NCBI GenBank assembly: GCA_027064945.1
Contig: JAMOPB010000260.1
Coordinates: 1-43,894 of the forward strand
Direction: 5' to 3'
DNA length: 43,894 bases
Origin: Candidatus Cloacimonadota bacterium
Lineage (GTDB): Bacteria; Cloacimonadota; Cloacimonadia; Cloacimonadales; TCS61
Under the pieces are notes generated by a model, which searched no databases, was not told where the DNA came from, and worked only from the letters and a program-made list of their open reading frames with translations. Each line of letters opens with the position of its first letter. Position 1 is the first letter of the stretch. A program made the position numbers and the translations under genes. Positions 1 through 10,500 of this stretch are shown here, one piece after another.

Positions 1-891
1 TTCCGGAACGTAAATGACTTTTTTAATTATATTTACTACCAAGAAATTTTTTATAAGCGTAATGAGAAAAAAAGATCTGCTGCTATTAAGATAGTAAATA
101 AGCAAATTAAAAAAATAAGTAGGAAAATCGAGAAAATGCAAGTTGAACTTGCTTCGGCTGAGAAAGAAACAGAATGGAAGCAGAAAGCTGAATTATTAAA
201 AGGAAATTATAATAAGATAAAAGCGGGAATGAATAAGATAAAAGTTCCAAACTATTATGAAGAAAATTTTCCCGAAATAGAAATTCCTCTTTCACCGGAG
301 TTATCGGTTCAACAGAATATTGATAAGTATTTTAAGAAATATCGGAAATCTCGTGATGGTAAAATTATCATTAAAAAGCAGATTGAGAAAGCTCTGACTG
401 AAATTGACCAACTTGAAAAAGAAATATTTGATCTGGAAGAGCAAGAATTTTTCTTCAAAAATAAAGCTGATACAAAAAGTAAAAAACAAAATAAAAAAGG
501 GCTGAAGAAAATCAGTATTGACGAAGAATGGGAAATTTTTATTGGTAGAACAAGAATAGAAAATGATTATCTTACAACGCGTATGGCAAAACCGGATGAT
601 TGGTGGTTTCATACCAGGATTTATCGTGGCACGCATATTATTCTGCGTAATTATAAAAGAAAAGAAGTTCCTGAGGCATTAAAATTTTTGTGCTGTAGAT
701 TGGCGGCATATTTTAGTAAAGCAAAAAAATCTTCCAATATTCCGGTAGATTATACTCAAATTCGTTATGTGAGAAAACCACGTGGAAGTGTTGCCGGTTA
801 TGTAACATATAAAAATCAGAAAACGCTATATGTAGATCCTTTGAGTATGAGAGATGCAATTAAAGAAATAGATAAATGGAGAAAAAAATGA
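1..891 (+). CDS. rqcH: NFACT/RqcH-family (fibronectin-binding protein A-like) protein, C-terminal part; the 5' end lies outside the window
   Basis: Frame 1 is open from base 1 (FRNVNDFFNYIYYQEIF...) into the listed 136..891 ORF. A K/E-rich coiled-coil stretch is followed by the DUF814/NFACT-R hallmark EEWEIFIGRTRIENDYLTTRMAKPDDWWFHTRIYRGTHIILRN. Confidence 0.7.
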   Translation, partial: FRNVNDFFNYIYYQEIFYKRNEKKRSAAIKIVNKQIKKISRKIEKMQVELASAEKETEWKQKAELLKGNYNKIKAGMNKIKVPNYYEENFPEIEIPLSPELSVQQNIDKYFKKYRKSRDGKIIIKKQIEKALTEIDQLEKEIFDLEEQEFFFKNKADTKSKKQNKKGLKKISIDEEWEIFIGRTRIENDYLTTRMAKPDDWWFHTRIYRGTHIILRNYKRKEVPEALKFLCCRLAAYFSKAKKSSNIPVDYTQIRYVRKPRGSVAGYVTYKNQKTLYVDPLSMRDAIKEIDKWRKK

Positions 892-1568
892 AAGGAATAG
901 TTTTAGTTAGTGGCGGCATAGATAGCCTGGTAACAGCTGCTATAGCCGATAAAGAGTGTGATGAATTATATTTTCTGCACCTAAATTATGGACAGAAAAC
1001 AGAAACTCGTGAAATGAGAGCTTTTCGTCAATTGACGAAACATTATCAGCCAAAAGATGTTTTAGTGGTGGATGTATCATATTTAAAACAAATTGGTGGT
1101 TCAAGTTTGGTGGATGATAATCTGGAAATAAAAGATTTTGATGACAGCGAAGGTGTGCCAAATTCTTATGTGCCATTTAGAAATGGACATTTGGTTACAA
1201 TTGCAACAAGCTGGGCTGAAGTATTAGGAGCAGAAAGAATTTATATCGGAGCTGTGGAAGAAGACAGCTCAGGATATCCTGATTGCCGTGAAAGTTTTTA
1301 TATAGCATTAGAAAAGGCAATTAATGCAGGTACAAAAGATGAAACTAATATAAAAATTTGTACTCCAATAATCCATAAGAGAAAAAGTGAGACAATTAAG
1401 ATAGGAATGGAACTTGGTGCGCCTTTGGAACTAAGTTGGAGCTGTTATAGAAATAATGAAGTAGCTTGCGGGAAATGTGATAGTTGTGTTCTTAGAATTA
1501 ACTCATTTAAAGAAGCTAAAATAAGAGATCCAATCGATTATGAGATCAAAATTGATTGGGATTTTTAA
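888..1568 (+). CDS. queC: 7-cyano-7-deazaguanine synthase QueC
   Basis: N-terminal PP-loop MKGIVLVSGGIDSLV and the C-terminal zinc motif CYRNNEVACGKCDSCVLR, typical of QueC. The ATG at 888 overlaps the upstream stop (ATGA) and fits QueC N-termini better than the listed ATG at 876. Confidence 0.88.
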   Translation: MKGIVLVSGGIDSLVTAAIADKECDELYFLHLNYGQKTETREMRAFRQLTKHYQPKDVLVVDVSYLKQIGGSSLVDDNLEIKDFDDSEGVPNSYVPFRNGHLVTIATSWAEVLGAERIYIGAVEEDSSGYPDCRESFYIALEKAINAGTKDETNIKICTPIIHKRKSETIKIGMELGAPLELSWSCYRNNEVACGKCDSCVLRINSFKEAKIRDPIDYEIKIDWDF

Positions 1569-1661
1569 TAGGTACAAAGAATTTATCTACAAAATGCTTG
1601 CAATCTAATTCAAATTTAAAAAAAATGAGAAAAAACGAAAATAGATATTCTTGGAGGAAAA

Positions 1662-3245
1662 ATGAAGATTAAAATTACAATGTTAATGATACTTCTCATA
1701 TTGGTGAGTTCATTATTTGCTGCTAATATGAAAGTGGCAATTTTAGATTTTGCGAAGAAGGACAGCGATAGCGATTACGTTGCTAAAGCTATGATGAAAA
1801 GAGATTTTAAAATAATTTTCAAAGGCGAAAAAGAGATGGATTTAGTAGATTTATCTAAATCTCAAGCACTTGCAAAAAAATCAGGTTACACAAATTTATT
1901 TTATGCTGATATTGCAGATATCACAAGTATGGGTACAGAGCTTGGTGCTGATGTTGTTGTATGGGGCGAAGTTCAATCTGCCAAAGATAGCGAATTTAAA
2001 GTTACTGCAAAAATTCTTAGTATGAAATCAAACGAAGTTGTACAGGTGACATTTAATGTTGAAAAATCTTCAAAGAAAAGACAAGCTGCTATTAAAGAAA
2101 ATCTGATAGCTAAAATATCTGAATTTAGTGCCGGCGAAGTAGAAAAACTTTTCGGAATTGCCATGCAATATTTCAATAGTAAAAATTATCCGGAAGCATT
2201 AAAAGCATTCACAAACTTAGTAGAAGTAGATCCTGAAAATGTTGATGGCTATTTTTATCTTGGTTTGATCAAATATTACCAAAAAGATTATGAAGCTTCT
2301 GTGGAATATTATCAGAAAGGTTTGGAAATTGATCCTGAACATGTAGATTTATTGAATTTCATGAGTAAGTCTTATGATAAAATGGGAGATGTGGAAGCTG
2401 CTGCGGATGCATTAGGAAAGATTATTGAAATTAATGAAGACAAAGAAATTTGGTTAAGAATTGGTGATTTGTATGCAAAAGTAGAGTATTTTGATGAGGC
2501 TACAGAAGCATATCAAAAAGCTATTGAACTTGATGAAGAATATGGCGAAGCTTACCGTCAATTAGGTATTTTGCAATATAATCAAGAGTTTTATGAAGCA
2601 GCTATTGAACCATTAGAAAAAGCTACAAGATTGTTTCCTGATGCTGATGATTTGCAAAAGAAATTGGCAAAATGTTATAAGAAAACAGGGAAAATAGAAG
2701 ATGCTATTGCTCAATATCAAGGTATTATTGCTGAACAAAAAGACAATGTAAGAGCTTATATGAACCTTGTTAATGCTTATTTCACAACAGAGCAATATAA
2801 AGAAGCTTTAGAAACAGCTATTAAATTAAATGAAATTGCTCCTGAAGATGAGAAAGTGAAAATTCTTTTAGCAAATGCATATAATTATTCAAAAATGTAT
2901 AATAAAGCAAAAGATGCTGCAGAAGCTGCTTTGGCAATTAACGATAACCTTTATCAACCTTACAGAATTTTATCTGAAATAAACTTTGCTTTAGGTTATA
3001 AAAAATATGAAAAATTCCTAGAATTGGAAGAAAAGGCAAAAGAAGTATATGGTGAAGAAGCAGATAGATTAGTTATGGAAAGAGATGAAGAAAAAGAAAA
3101 GGCACATAACTATTTCTTAAAAGCTAACGAATTTTTGAAAAAAGCTAAAGCAAGAACAAAATCAAGTTCTGAATTACGTTATATCAAAGCTCGTAAAGCT
3201 ACTATTGATCAATTATTGAAAGCAACTGAAAAAGGCTTCTTTTAG
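1662..3245 (+). CDS. Secreted tetratricopeptide-repeat (TPR) protein with a small N-terminal alpha/beta domain
   Basis: Signal-peptide-like N-terminus MKIKITMLMILLILVSSLFAANM. Many 34-residue TPR-like units (e.g. AMQYFNSKNYPEALKAFTNLVEVDPENVDGYFYLG; YQKDYEASVEYYQKGLEIDPEH; YFDEATEAYQKAIELDEEYGEAY). RBS GGAGG lies upstream of the ATG. Confidence 0.75.
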   Translation: MKIKITMLMILLILVSSLFAANMKVAILDFAKKDSDSDYVAKAMMKRDFKIIFKGEKEMDLVDLSKSQALAKKSGYTNLFYADIADITSMGTELGADVVVWGEVQSAKDSEFKVTAKILSMKSNEVVQVTFNVEKSSKKRQAAIKENLIAKISEFSAGEVEKLFGIAMQYFNSKNYPEALKAFTNLVEVDPENVDGYFYLGLIKYYQKDYEASVEYYQKGLEIDPEHVDLLNFMSKSYDKMGDVEAAADALGKIIEINEDKEIWLRIGDLYAKVEYFDEATEAYQKAIELDEEYGEAYRQLGILQYNQEFYEAAIEPLEKATRLFPDADDLQKKLAKCYKKTGKIEDAIAQYQGIIAEQKDNVRAYMNLVNAYFTTEQYKEALETAIKLNEIAPEDEKVKILLANAYNYSKMYNKAKDAAEAALAINDNLYQPYRILSEINFALGYKKYEKFLELEEKAKEVYGEEADRLVMERDEEKEKAHNYFLKANEFLKKAKARTKSSSELRYIKARKATIDQLLKATEKGFF

Positions 3246-3261
3246 ATAGAACTAATTGATT

Positions 3262-3293
3262 CGGCTCTTTTAAGAGCCGGATCTTTTGTTTTT
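3262..3293 (+). terminator. Rho-independent terminator after the TPR gene
   Basis: CGGCTCTT/AAGAGCCG inverted repeat (3262-3279) followed by a T-rich run (ATCTTTTGTTTTT). Confidence 0.7.
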
Positions 3294-3339
3294 ATTGGAT
3301 CTTATTAATTAAAAAAATATTTTATGGTATGGGGGTAGC

Positions 3340-5106
3340 ATGAAAAAAAAGATACTATTTGCAGGCGAACAATATAGTTACCCGGAAAAGCTTCAAGAGA
3401 AACTTCTGGCTGTTGGTTGTGAAATTAGTGCCACTTTCTCAGGTTTCGGAGAATTAAGAGGAAAAATTGAAGAATACAAACCTGATATTTTATTATTAGA
3501 TTTTGAGATGTTTGAAACTCCTGATGAGCTTAATTTATTACATTTAAAATATAATATTCCAATTATACTATTGCTCCCGCATATTATTTCGGATGATAAA
3601 TATCTGAAAAAAATGATCTATGTATCAGATTTTTTGGAAAAACCGATTAGAGCGGGTTTGTTGATTTTTTCCATCCAAAATATAATGCATAAATTAAAAT
3701 TGGAAGAAACTTGTGAACAGAATAGGATTACTGTTAGTGCAATGATTGATAATAATCCTCATGCGGGATTAATTATAGATATTTCGGGTAAGATAGAATA
3801 CGCAAATAATAATTTTTGTAAAATGATAAATCTACCTAAGTACAAATTAATAAATAGAATGTGTCATGAAATATTGGATGAAATTTATTTGAAGAACTCA
3901 AAAAAGATAATCCAAAAGATTTTAACACAATCAATTGAACTAAATTTTGTAGAAATGATTAATGGTAAGGCTTATGATTATAAAATTATTCCAATAAAAA
4001 AAAGAAGCGGAGAAATTTTTAATATTGCCATTTATATTAGAGATATAACCAAAGATCTTGAATCAGAAAACCGTATTTTGCAACTTTCTAAAGCAATGGA
4101 AACAATGCAACTTGGTGTTTTAGTGTTAGATTTAGATAAAAAAATTAGATATTCCAATATGGCAGCTGCTAAAATGCATGGATATACTTTAGACGAGATG
4201 ATTGGGAAATCTGCTTATGATCTTTTGTTCGGATTAGATAGAAGAATAGATATTGAAGAAATCGATTTAATATATCGAAGAATACCGATTGAAACTAACA
4301 ATCGCAGGAAAAATGGAGAAATTTTCCCTGCAAAAATAATCTCCGATATCTTTTCTAATGATAAGGGTGAACCTATTGCTATTGTTGTTTCTTGTGAGGA
4401 TATTTCTTATCAAAAAAAGATTGAAGAACAGTTGATAAGAAATGAACGGTTAGCCGGTATTAGTAGCTTAGCTTCCGGAATTGCACATGAAATACGAAAT
4501 CCTTTAGGCAATATTAGCTCTGCTACGCAATTCTGTCTTGCTAGCTTGGACCAAGATTCTAATTTATCTGTATTTTTAGATATAATTCAAAGAAATACTG
4601 AAAGAGCAAACAAAATAATTAAAGAATTAGTAGAATTTGCTACTCCATGGGAAATTATTAAAATTCCAAACTCAATAAACAAATTAGTAGTAAATGCAAC
4701 TAATCAATTAATTCCTAAGTTTAAAAATGTGCAGATAATTCTAGACTTGGAAGATAATCTTCCGTTAATGTACCTAGATGAAAATTGGATAACAAAAGTT
4801 TTTTATAATCTAATAAAAAATGGCTGTGAATCTATGCCTGATGGTGGTGAGCTAAGACTTTCTACTTATCTGAAGGATGATAAGATCTGCTTTACTTGTG
4901 AAGATAATGGTGTTGGAATAAAAAGTAATATACAAAAAAAGATCTTTGATCCTTTTTATACTACAAAAGATACAGGAGTTGGACTTGGATTATCGGTTGC
5001 TCAAACTATTTTAAGTAAACATATGGCGACACTTCACTTTACAAGTGAGTTAGGTAAAGGTTCTGCATTTGAAATTGTCTTTTCAAATTATTCTCAGATA
5101 AGGTGA
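3340..5106 (+). CDS. Soluble sensor histidine kinase, receiver-like/PAS/PAS/HisKA/HATPase (NtrB-like core)
   Basis: No evident TM segments. N-terminal CheY-like fold (KPDILLLDFEM...FLEKPI), two PAS-like segments, H-box SGIAHEIRNPLGNI, N-box YNLIKNGCESM, G-boxes CEDNGVGI and GVGLGLSVAQ. Confidence 0.88.
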   Translation: MKKKILFAGEQYSYPEKLQEKLLAVGCEISATFSGFGELRGKIEEYKPDILLLDFEMFETPDELNLLHLKYNIPIILLLPHIISDDKYLKKMIYVSDFLEKPIRAGLLIFSIQNIMHKLKLEETCEQNRITVSAMIDNNPHAGLIIDISGKIEYANNNFCKMINLPKYKLINRMCHEILDEIYLKNSKKIIQKILTQSIELNFVEMINGKAYDYKIIPIKKRSGEIFNIAIYIRDITKDLESENRILQLSKAMETMQLGVLVLDLDKKIRYSNMAAAKMHGYTLDEMIGKSAYDLLFGLDRRIDIEEIDLIYRRIPIETNNRRKNGEIFPAKIISDIFSNDKGEPIAIVVSCEDISYQKKIEEQLIRNERLAGISSLASGIAHEIRNPLGNISSATQFCLASLDQDSNLSVFLDIIQRNTERANKIIKELVEFATPWEIIKIPNSINKLVVNATNQLIPKFKNVQIILDLEDNLPLMYLDENWITKVFYNLIKNGCESMPDGGELRLSTYLKDDKICFTCEDNGVGIKSNIQKKIFDPFYTTKDTGVGLGLSVAQTILSKHMATLHFTSELGKGSAFEIVFSNYSQIR

Positions 5107-5111
5107 CATTA

Positions 5112-6473
5112 ATGAATGAAATTTTGATAGTTGAAGATAACAAGGATATGCAGTTTATTTTAAAAAATGTATTAGAAGCTGCCGGATACAAATTAACTAG
5201 CACCGGAAATGGACAAAGAGCATTGCTGGAGGCAAAAAAGAAACGACCTGATTTAGTCCTTTTAGATATGAGGCTTCCGGGAATGAGTGGGCTAGATATA
5301 CTAAAAGAACTAAGAAAAGTTTATCCTCAAATCTATGTAATAATGATGACAGCTTATACAGATGTGAGTGATGCTGTGGAAGCAATGAAATTAGGTGCCT
5401 ATGATTATATAGCAAAACCATTTAGGAATGATGAATTACTCATCATGATAAAAAAAACATTACAAACCGAAAGTATGGTGAGAGAGATTAATTGCTTGAG
5501 GAAAATGGTTAAATCCGGAATCAATAGTATAGAGATAGTGGGTAGAAGTGAAAGCATTAAAAGAGTTTTAAATAAAGTTGAAATGATTTCTCCTACTGAT
5601 ATGAGCGTGATTTTGCAAGGGAAAAGCGGAACAGGTAAAGAAGTAATTGCTAAGAGAATTCATAAAAATAGCCATAGAAAGAATAATCCCTTCGTGGGTG
5701 TTGATTGTGGAGCTATTCCACCTAGTTTAATCGAAAGTGAATTGTTTGGCTATGAATCAGGAGCATTTACTGGAGCTGATAAAGCAAAAAAAGGTAAATT
5801 CGAGATTGCGAATAAAGGTACAATTCTATTGGATGAGATAACCAACCTTTCTATGGAAAGTCAGGCAAAATTATTACGTGCCTTAGAAGAGAAAAAAATC
5901 CAGCCGATTGGAGCAAAAGAACCAAGAGATATTGATGTAAGAGTAATTGTTACCACCAATATAGATTTTAAAACAGCTATTATGGAAGGTGAATTCCGAG
6001 ATGATTTGTATCATAGATTGAATGAATTTCAAATATTATTGCCGGAACTGAAAAAACGGAAAGAAGATATTGAAATCTTAGCAGAAAATTTCTTGATTGA
6101 ATCTAATCTTGAATTGGGTAAGAGTATCAAAGGAATTTCAAAAGAAGCAATGAAACTCTTAAATGAATATGATTGGCCTGGCAATGTGAGAGAATTAAAG
6201 CATACTATAAAACGTGCTACATTGATTGAAACAGATGAATATATTGGCGTTGAATCTTTAGATATTGAGCTTTTGGAAGAAGAGGATGAGGAAACTTATA
6301 TAGAATCCTTAAAGCAGGGGGAATCATTTAATGATATTGTGGCTGAAGTGGAAAAAGATCTAATTATCAAAGCTCTTGATTTAGCAAAAGGTAATAAGAC
6401 AAAAGCTGCAGAAATACTAAAATTGAATAGAAAAACTCTTTACCGAAAGCTGGAATTGTATGATTTGAAATAA
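5112..6473 (+). CDS. Sigma-54-dependent response regulator (NtrC family; PilR-like by context)
   Basis: REC domain (ILIVEDNKDM...DLVLLDMRLPGMSG...KPF). AAA+ core with Walker A GKSGTGKE and the sigma-54 contact loop ESGAFTGA. C-terminal Fis-type HTH (GNKTKAAEILKLNRKTLYRKL). ATG 5112 (MNEILIVED) is preferred over the listed GTG 5103; AAGGTGA RBS upstream. Confidence 0.9.
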   Translation: MNEILIVEDNKDMQFILKNVLEAAGYKLTSTGNGQRALLEAKKKRPDLVLLDMRLPGMSGLDILKELRKVYPQIYVIMMTAYTDVSDAVEAMKLGAYDYIAKPFRNDELLIMIKKTLQTESMVREINCLRKMVKSGINSIEIVGRSESIKRVLNKVEMISPTDMSVILQGKSGTGKEVIAKRIHKNSHRKNNPFVGVDCGAIPPSLIESELFGYESGAFTGADKAKKGKFEIANKGTILLDEITNLSMESQAKLLRALEEKKIQPIGAKEPRDIDVRVIVTTNIDFKTAIMEGEFRDDLYHRLNEFQILLPELKKRKEDIEILAENFLIESNLELGKSIKGISKEAMKLLNEYDWPGNVRELKHTIKRATLIETDEYIGVESLDIELLEEEDEETYIESLKQGESFNDIVAEVEKDLIIKALDLAKGNKTKAAEILKLNRKTLYRKLELYDLK

Positions 6474-6493
6474 CTTAATTAAGGGGAGTATTT

Positions 6494-6853
6494 ATGGCAA
6501 ATGTATTAGTGGTAGATGATAATAGTGATATGAGATTTCTTTTGAAAAATCTATTACTTAATAATGGTTATCTAATAGATACCGCAGATAACGGTTTAAC
6601 AGCATTACAAAAAATTGAAGAAGGGAATTATGATTTAGTATTATTGGATATAAGATTACCAAAGATAAATGGATTAAGCGTTTTGAAAAAGGTGAAAGAA
6701 AATAATCCGGGTTTAAAAGTAGTGATTATTACAGCATATAGCAATATTTCTAATCGTACTAATGCTTTGATAAATGGAGCTGATAGTTATTTTACAAAAC
6801 CTTTTGATAATTCATTCTTACTTGAAAAAATAAGTGAAATAATAAATAATTAA
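6494..6853 (+). CDS. Single-domain (CheY-like) response regulator
   Basis: VLVVDDNSDM...YDLVLLDIRLPKINGL...VVIITAY...YFTKPF, with no output domain. RBS AAGGGGAG upstream. Confidence 0.85.
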   Translation: MANVLVVDDNSDMRFLLKNLLLNNGYLIDTADNGLTALQKIEEGNYDLVLLDIRLPKINGLSVLKKVKENNPGLKVVIITAYSNISNRTNALINGADSYFTKPFDNSFLLEKISEIINN

Positions 6854-6884
6854 TTTTCTATAGTATAATAACAGTTTCTATACT

Positions 6885-7262
6885 CTATCGTTCTAGTAAT
6901 AAATTCACTTTGTCTATAAGCTCAAAAGCTTGAAATGGTTTTAAGATATATTTATAATTAATGTCAGACAAAATCTGCTTTACTATCTCTTCGTGTGAAT
7001 ATGCCGATACAAAAATTATTGGGATTTTTCTTGTTTTGCTAATCTCTTCTGCTGCCTCGATTCCATTCATGTCACCATGCAAAAGAATATCCATGATAAT
7101 TAAATCCGGCTTATTCTGCCGAGCTAAATTTATAGCATCTTCACCTGTAAGTACAATTGATATTATCTCATAATTTTCATCAGATAAAAATCCCCTAATA
7201 TCATTTGCAATGACCAATTCGTCTTCAACAATTAATATCTTTTTCTTTCTTTTTGTTTCCAT
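6885..7262 (-). CDS. Single-domain (CheY-like) response regulator, the only supported minus-strand gene
   Basis: KILIVEDELVIANDI...PDLIIMDILLHGDMNGIEAA...PIIFVSAY...YILKPF. Convergent with the preceding regulator and divergent from the C25 gene. Confidence 0.85.
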   Translation of the reverse strand: METKRKKKILIVEDELVIANDIRGFLSDENYEIISIVLTGEDAINLARQNKPDLIIMDILLHGDMNGIEAAEEISKTRKIPIIFVSAYSHEEIVKQILSDINYKYILKPFQAFELIDKVNLLLER

Positions 7263-7542
7263 AATTTACCTCTTTCCTAATCTCAATGTTAACTATCCAA
7301 CAAATGTGTCAAATAAAAAAAATAGGCAAAGGCATATTTAAATATTTCAAAATAAATAACTTAAACTGATGAGAAATATAATTGTTGAAGAGTTATTTGA
7401 TTTTGGGATTAATAATATTAATTATAAGTCTAAATACAAAAATTTGTATTGAACTAAACTATGTTTCAGCTTTGGAAATATTATTTGACTCAAATATGCA
7501 GGATTAAGAAATTTACAAAACAATAAATTTAAGGAAAACTAA

Positions 7543-10500
7543 ATGAAATATTTTTTAAGAACCATTCTCATGGTTTTATTTATAATGCTTGTTTCAATTG
7601 TACACGCGACAGTGAACGTAGATGTTTTAAATTCTAATCAATCAAATCTAAAATTAAAAATCACTAGTAATGATTTTCAAATCGGAGAGAAAAAATTAGC
7701 GGATGGAGAACTATATTCAAAAATAACTCCTAGTTTAGGACAACTTTTACCGGGACAACCGGATTTACCTCAAATTATCAGATGGATAGCAATTCCAAGT
7801 GGAGGGAAAGTAGATGTTAGTTACACAATGAATTCAGGAAAAATTAATACAAATATCAATATAGCACCAGTGCAAAAAGCTTTGCAAGATAGAGCTAATG
7901 CACCCAAACCTGATTTCAAGAAAGATAACGGAGTTTATAATCAAGACGCTTTTTTCCCGCAAGAGCAAGTGAAAATAGAAAAAAGATTTTTCAAAAATGG
8001 GCAAGAATATGCCTTGCTTAAGATTTCACCTTTCCAATATAATCCAAAATCTCAAATTTTAAAGTTTAATTCAGAAATTGATATTGAGATTAATTTTATT
8101 GGAGGAAGAATTTCAGGAAAGGTAAGTAATGTTGCTGTTCTAAATAAGAATATTTTTTCTTCAGAACGTGAGGATAGAAATTACTTAGCAGAGATGATGA
8201 TTATCACTGATACACAATTTGTTGAATCTGTGGAAAATCTTGCTAAGTGGAAAAGAAAATTGGGCATTAAGACAAATATTTTCACGACTCAAGAAATTGG
8301 TGATACTGCTAATGCAATCGAAGAATTTATTGATTCCTATTGCGAGGAAGCCGAAACAATTCCTACTTATTTGTTGCTATTTGGTGATGCTGAATATATT
8401 CCAACTCATTACAAAACAGTTCATCCTTATACAGATGGTAATCAAGGTTACACAGCTGCAGATATCTATTATGCAGACTTTGAAGATGATATGCTTACCG
8501 ATATGGCATTTGGTAGAATTCCTGTAGATACTGTTGCCGAAGCTGATAGTATTATTTCCAGGATTATCCGATATGAAAAAAATCCACCAGCAGAAACAAG
8601 CTTTTATGAAAATGCGATTGCTGCTGCATATTTCCAAGAACAAGATAGTGGGAATGGAATGGCGGAAAGAAGATTTGCTAAAACAAGTGAAGATTTTAGG
8701 AATTTTCTTATTGAAGAAGAAGGTTACGATGTAGAAAGAATTTATATAACCGATTATAGTACAGAACCTCTATATTGGAATGATTCATCGTATGTTTTTG
8801 AAAATGATACTCCGGGAGGAGATTTACCTGAAGAATTAAAAAAGCCGTTTTTCCCATGGGATGGAAATGCTTCGGATATTATTAATTCTGTAAACGAAGG
8901 GAAATTCCTTTTGATGCATCGCGATCATGGATATCGTCAAGGCTGGGGAGATCCGGCATTTAATAATAATAATGTGAATAATATTAACAATAATTTCAAA
9001 ACTCCGATTGTTTGGACAATAAATTGTGAAACCGCTTGGTTTGATAATGAAACAGATGATCCTTCCTGTGGAACTTCCAATGATGCCGAAAGTTTTACGG
9101 AAGCTTGGCTAAGGCACGAAACCGGCGGAAGCGTAGGACTTATTGGTGCTACACGCGTTAGTTATTCCGGGAATAACGACAGATTGGTTTGGGGATTATT
9201 AGATGCAATTTGGCCGGGTTTTTTAGAATGGGCTCAAGCTGATTATCCTGAAAATGAACCAATTTACAGGATGGGAGATGTTATGAACTACGCTAAAGAA
9301 TATCTGTTGACCAGTTATTCTTGGGGAGACGATGTTTTAACTACTTCTTTAGAAGAATTTTCCTATTTTGGTGATCCAACTATGCGCATTTATACTGAAC
9401 AACCTGAAATTATCACTGCTTCTCATGTGCCGCTTGTACCTTTTGGAACGGATGAGATAATAGTAGAAACAAATATGGATGATGCTCTTGTTACATTGGT
9501 TTATGATAATGAAATTGTTGGAATGGCATATTCCGAAAACGGACAAGCAATTTTACAGGTTGATGGATTAAATTCGGAAGGAATAGCAGAAATAACAATT
9601 TCTAAGCATAATTGTGTTCCTTATGTCTCTGAAATAATGGTTGAAGCGGTTGGTGCATATATTATTGCAGAATTGAATAATATTACAGAAAATGGGGAAT
9701 ATATAGATGGATCAATTCAATCTTTGGATTTATTAAATTTTGATCTTAAATTGAATAATATTGGATCAGAGAGTTCTCAAAACTTAGAGTTAATATTAAA
9801 TTGTGAATCGGGATTTGTGGAGATTTTAGATAATCAAGCAGCAACTGAAAGCGCAGCTCTTAATGAAGATATAATTATTGAAAATGCTTTCCAAGTTGAA
9901 TTACTGGAAGGAATAGCTGATAGTACTTATATTCCGTTTGAAGTGATAATCTCTGATGGCGAAAATCAATGGGACAATGAATTTTCTGTATTTGTCCATG
10001 CTGCTAATTTAAAATATCAAGATTATAGCTTAGAGTTTGATGGTGATATTTTCTCACCTGGAGAAACAGCTTCATTATTCTTTGATATCAAAAATGTAGG
10101 AAGTGGATTTGCTTATGAAATAAATTCTGTTTTGGTTTCTGATAATGAATTAGTTACATTCGACGGATTGGATGTGATAGATTTTCTTGCTCCTGATGAT
10201 GTTGCAGAAACTTCCCAAGCTCTGAATATTACGCTTGCAGAAGTCTTTCCTATCGATTCTTTGCTAACTGTACAATTACAAATGATTGATATTGCGGAAT
10301 TGAGTTTTCAAAATCCTCTTTATATATTAATAGGCGTTAAAGGTTATGACTTGGAAAATGAACCTAATTGGAATCATGAATCTATTACTGAAAATTATGG
10401 TGATCAATGGCACTTATCTGACCAAGATAATGTTACACCATTAGGTAATTATTCCTATAAGTTTGGAGACACAGGAGATGGTAATTATGAAACATTGCAA

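Noticed and set aside
888-1568. queC as part of a 7-deazaguanine DNA-modification (Dpd-like) or anti-phage island
   Set aside because: No dpdA/tgt-like, queD/queE or helicase/nuclease genes are adjacent. The neighbours are housekeeping (rqcH) and a TPR protein. An ordinary queuosine-pathway gene is the simplest reading.
6854-6884. A bidirectional terminator between the convergent response-regulator genes (TAGTATA...TATACTA)
   Set aside because: The stem is only 7 bp, all A/T except one pair, with an 11-nt loop. That is too weak to call.
8944-9000. An Asn-rich run (AFNNNNVNNINNNF) between the His and Cys blocks of C25 paralog 1, as a possible functional insert or slippage-prone repeat
   Set aside because: The codons alternate AAT/AAC with interspersed GTG/ATT, so there is no perfect nucleotide repeat. 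Asn-rich loops are expected from AT-biased composition.
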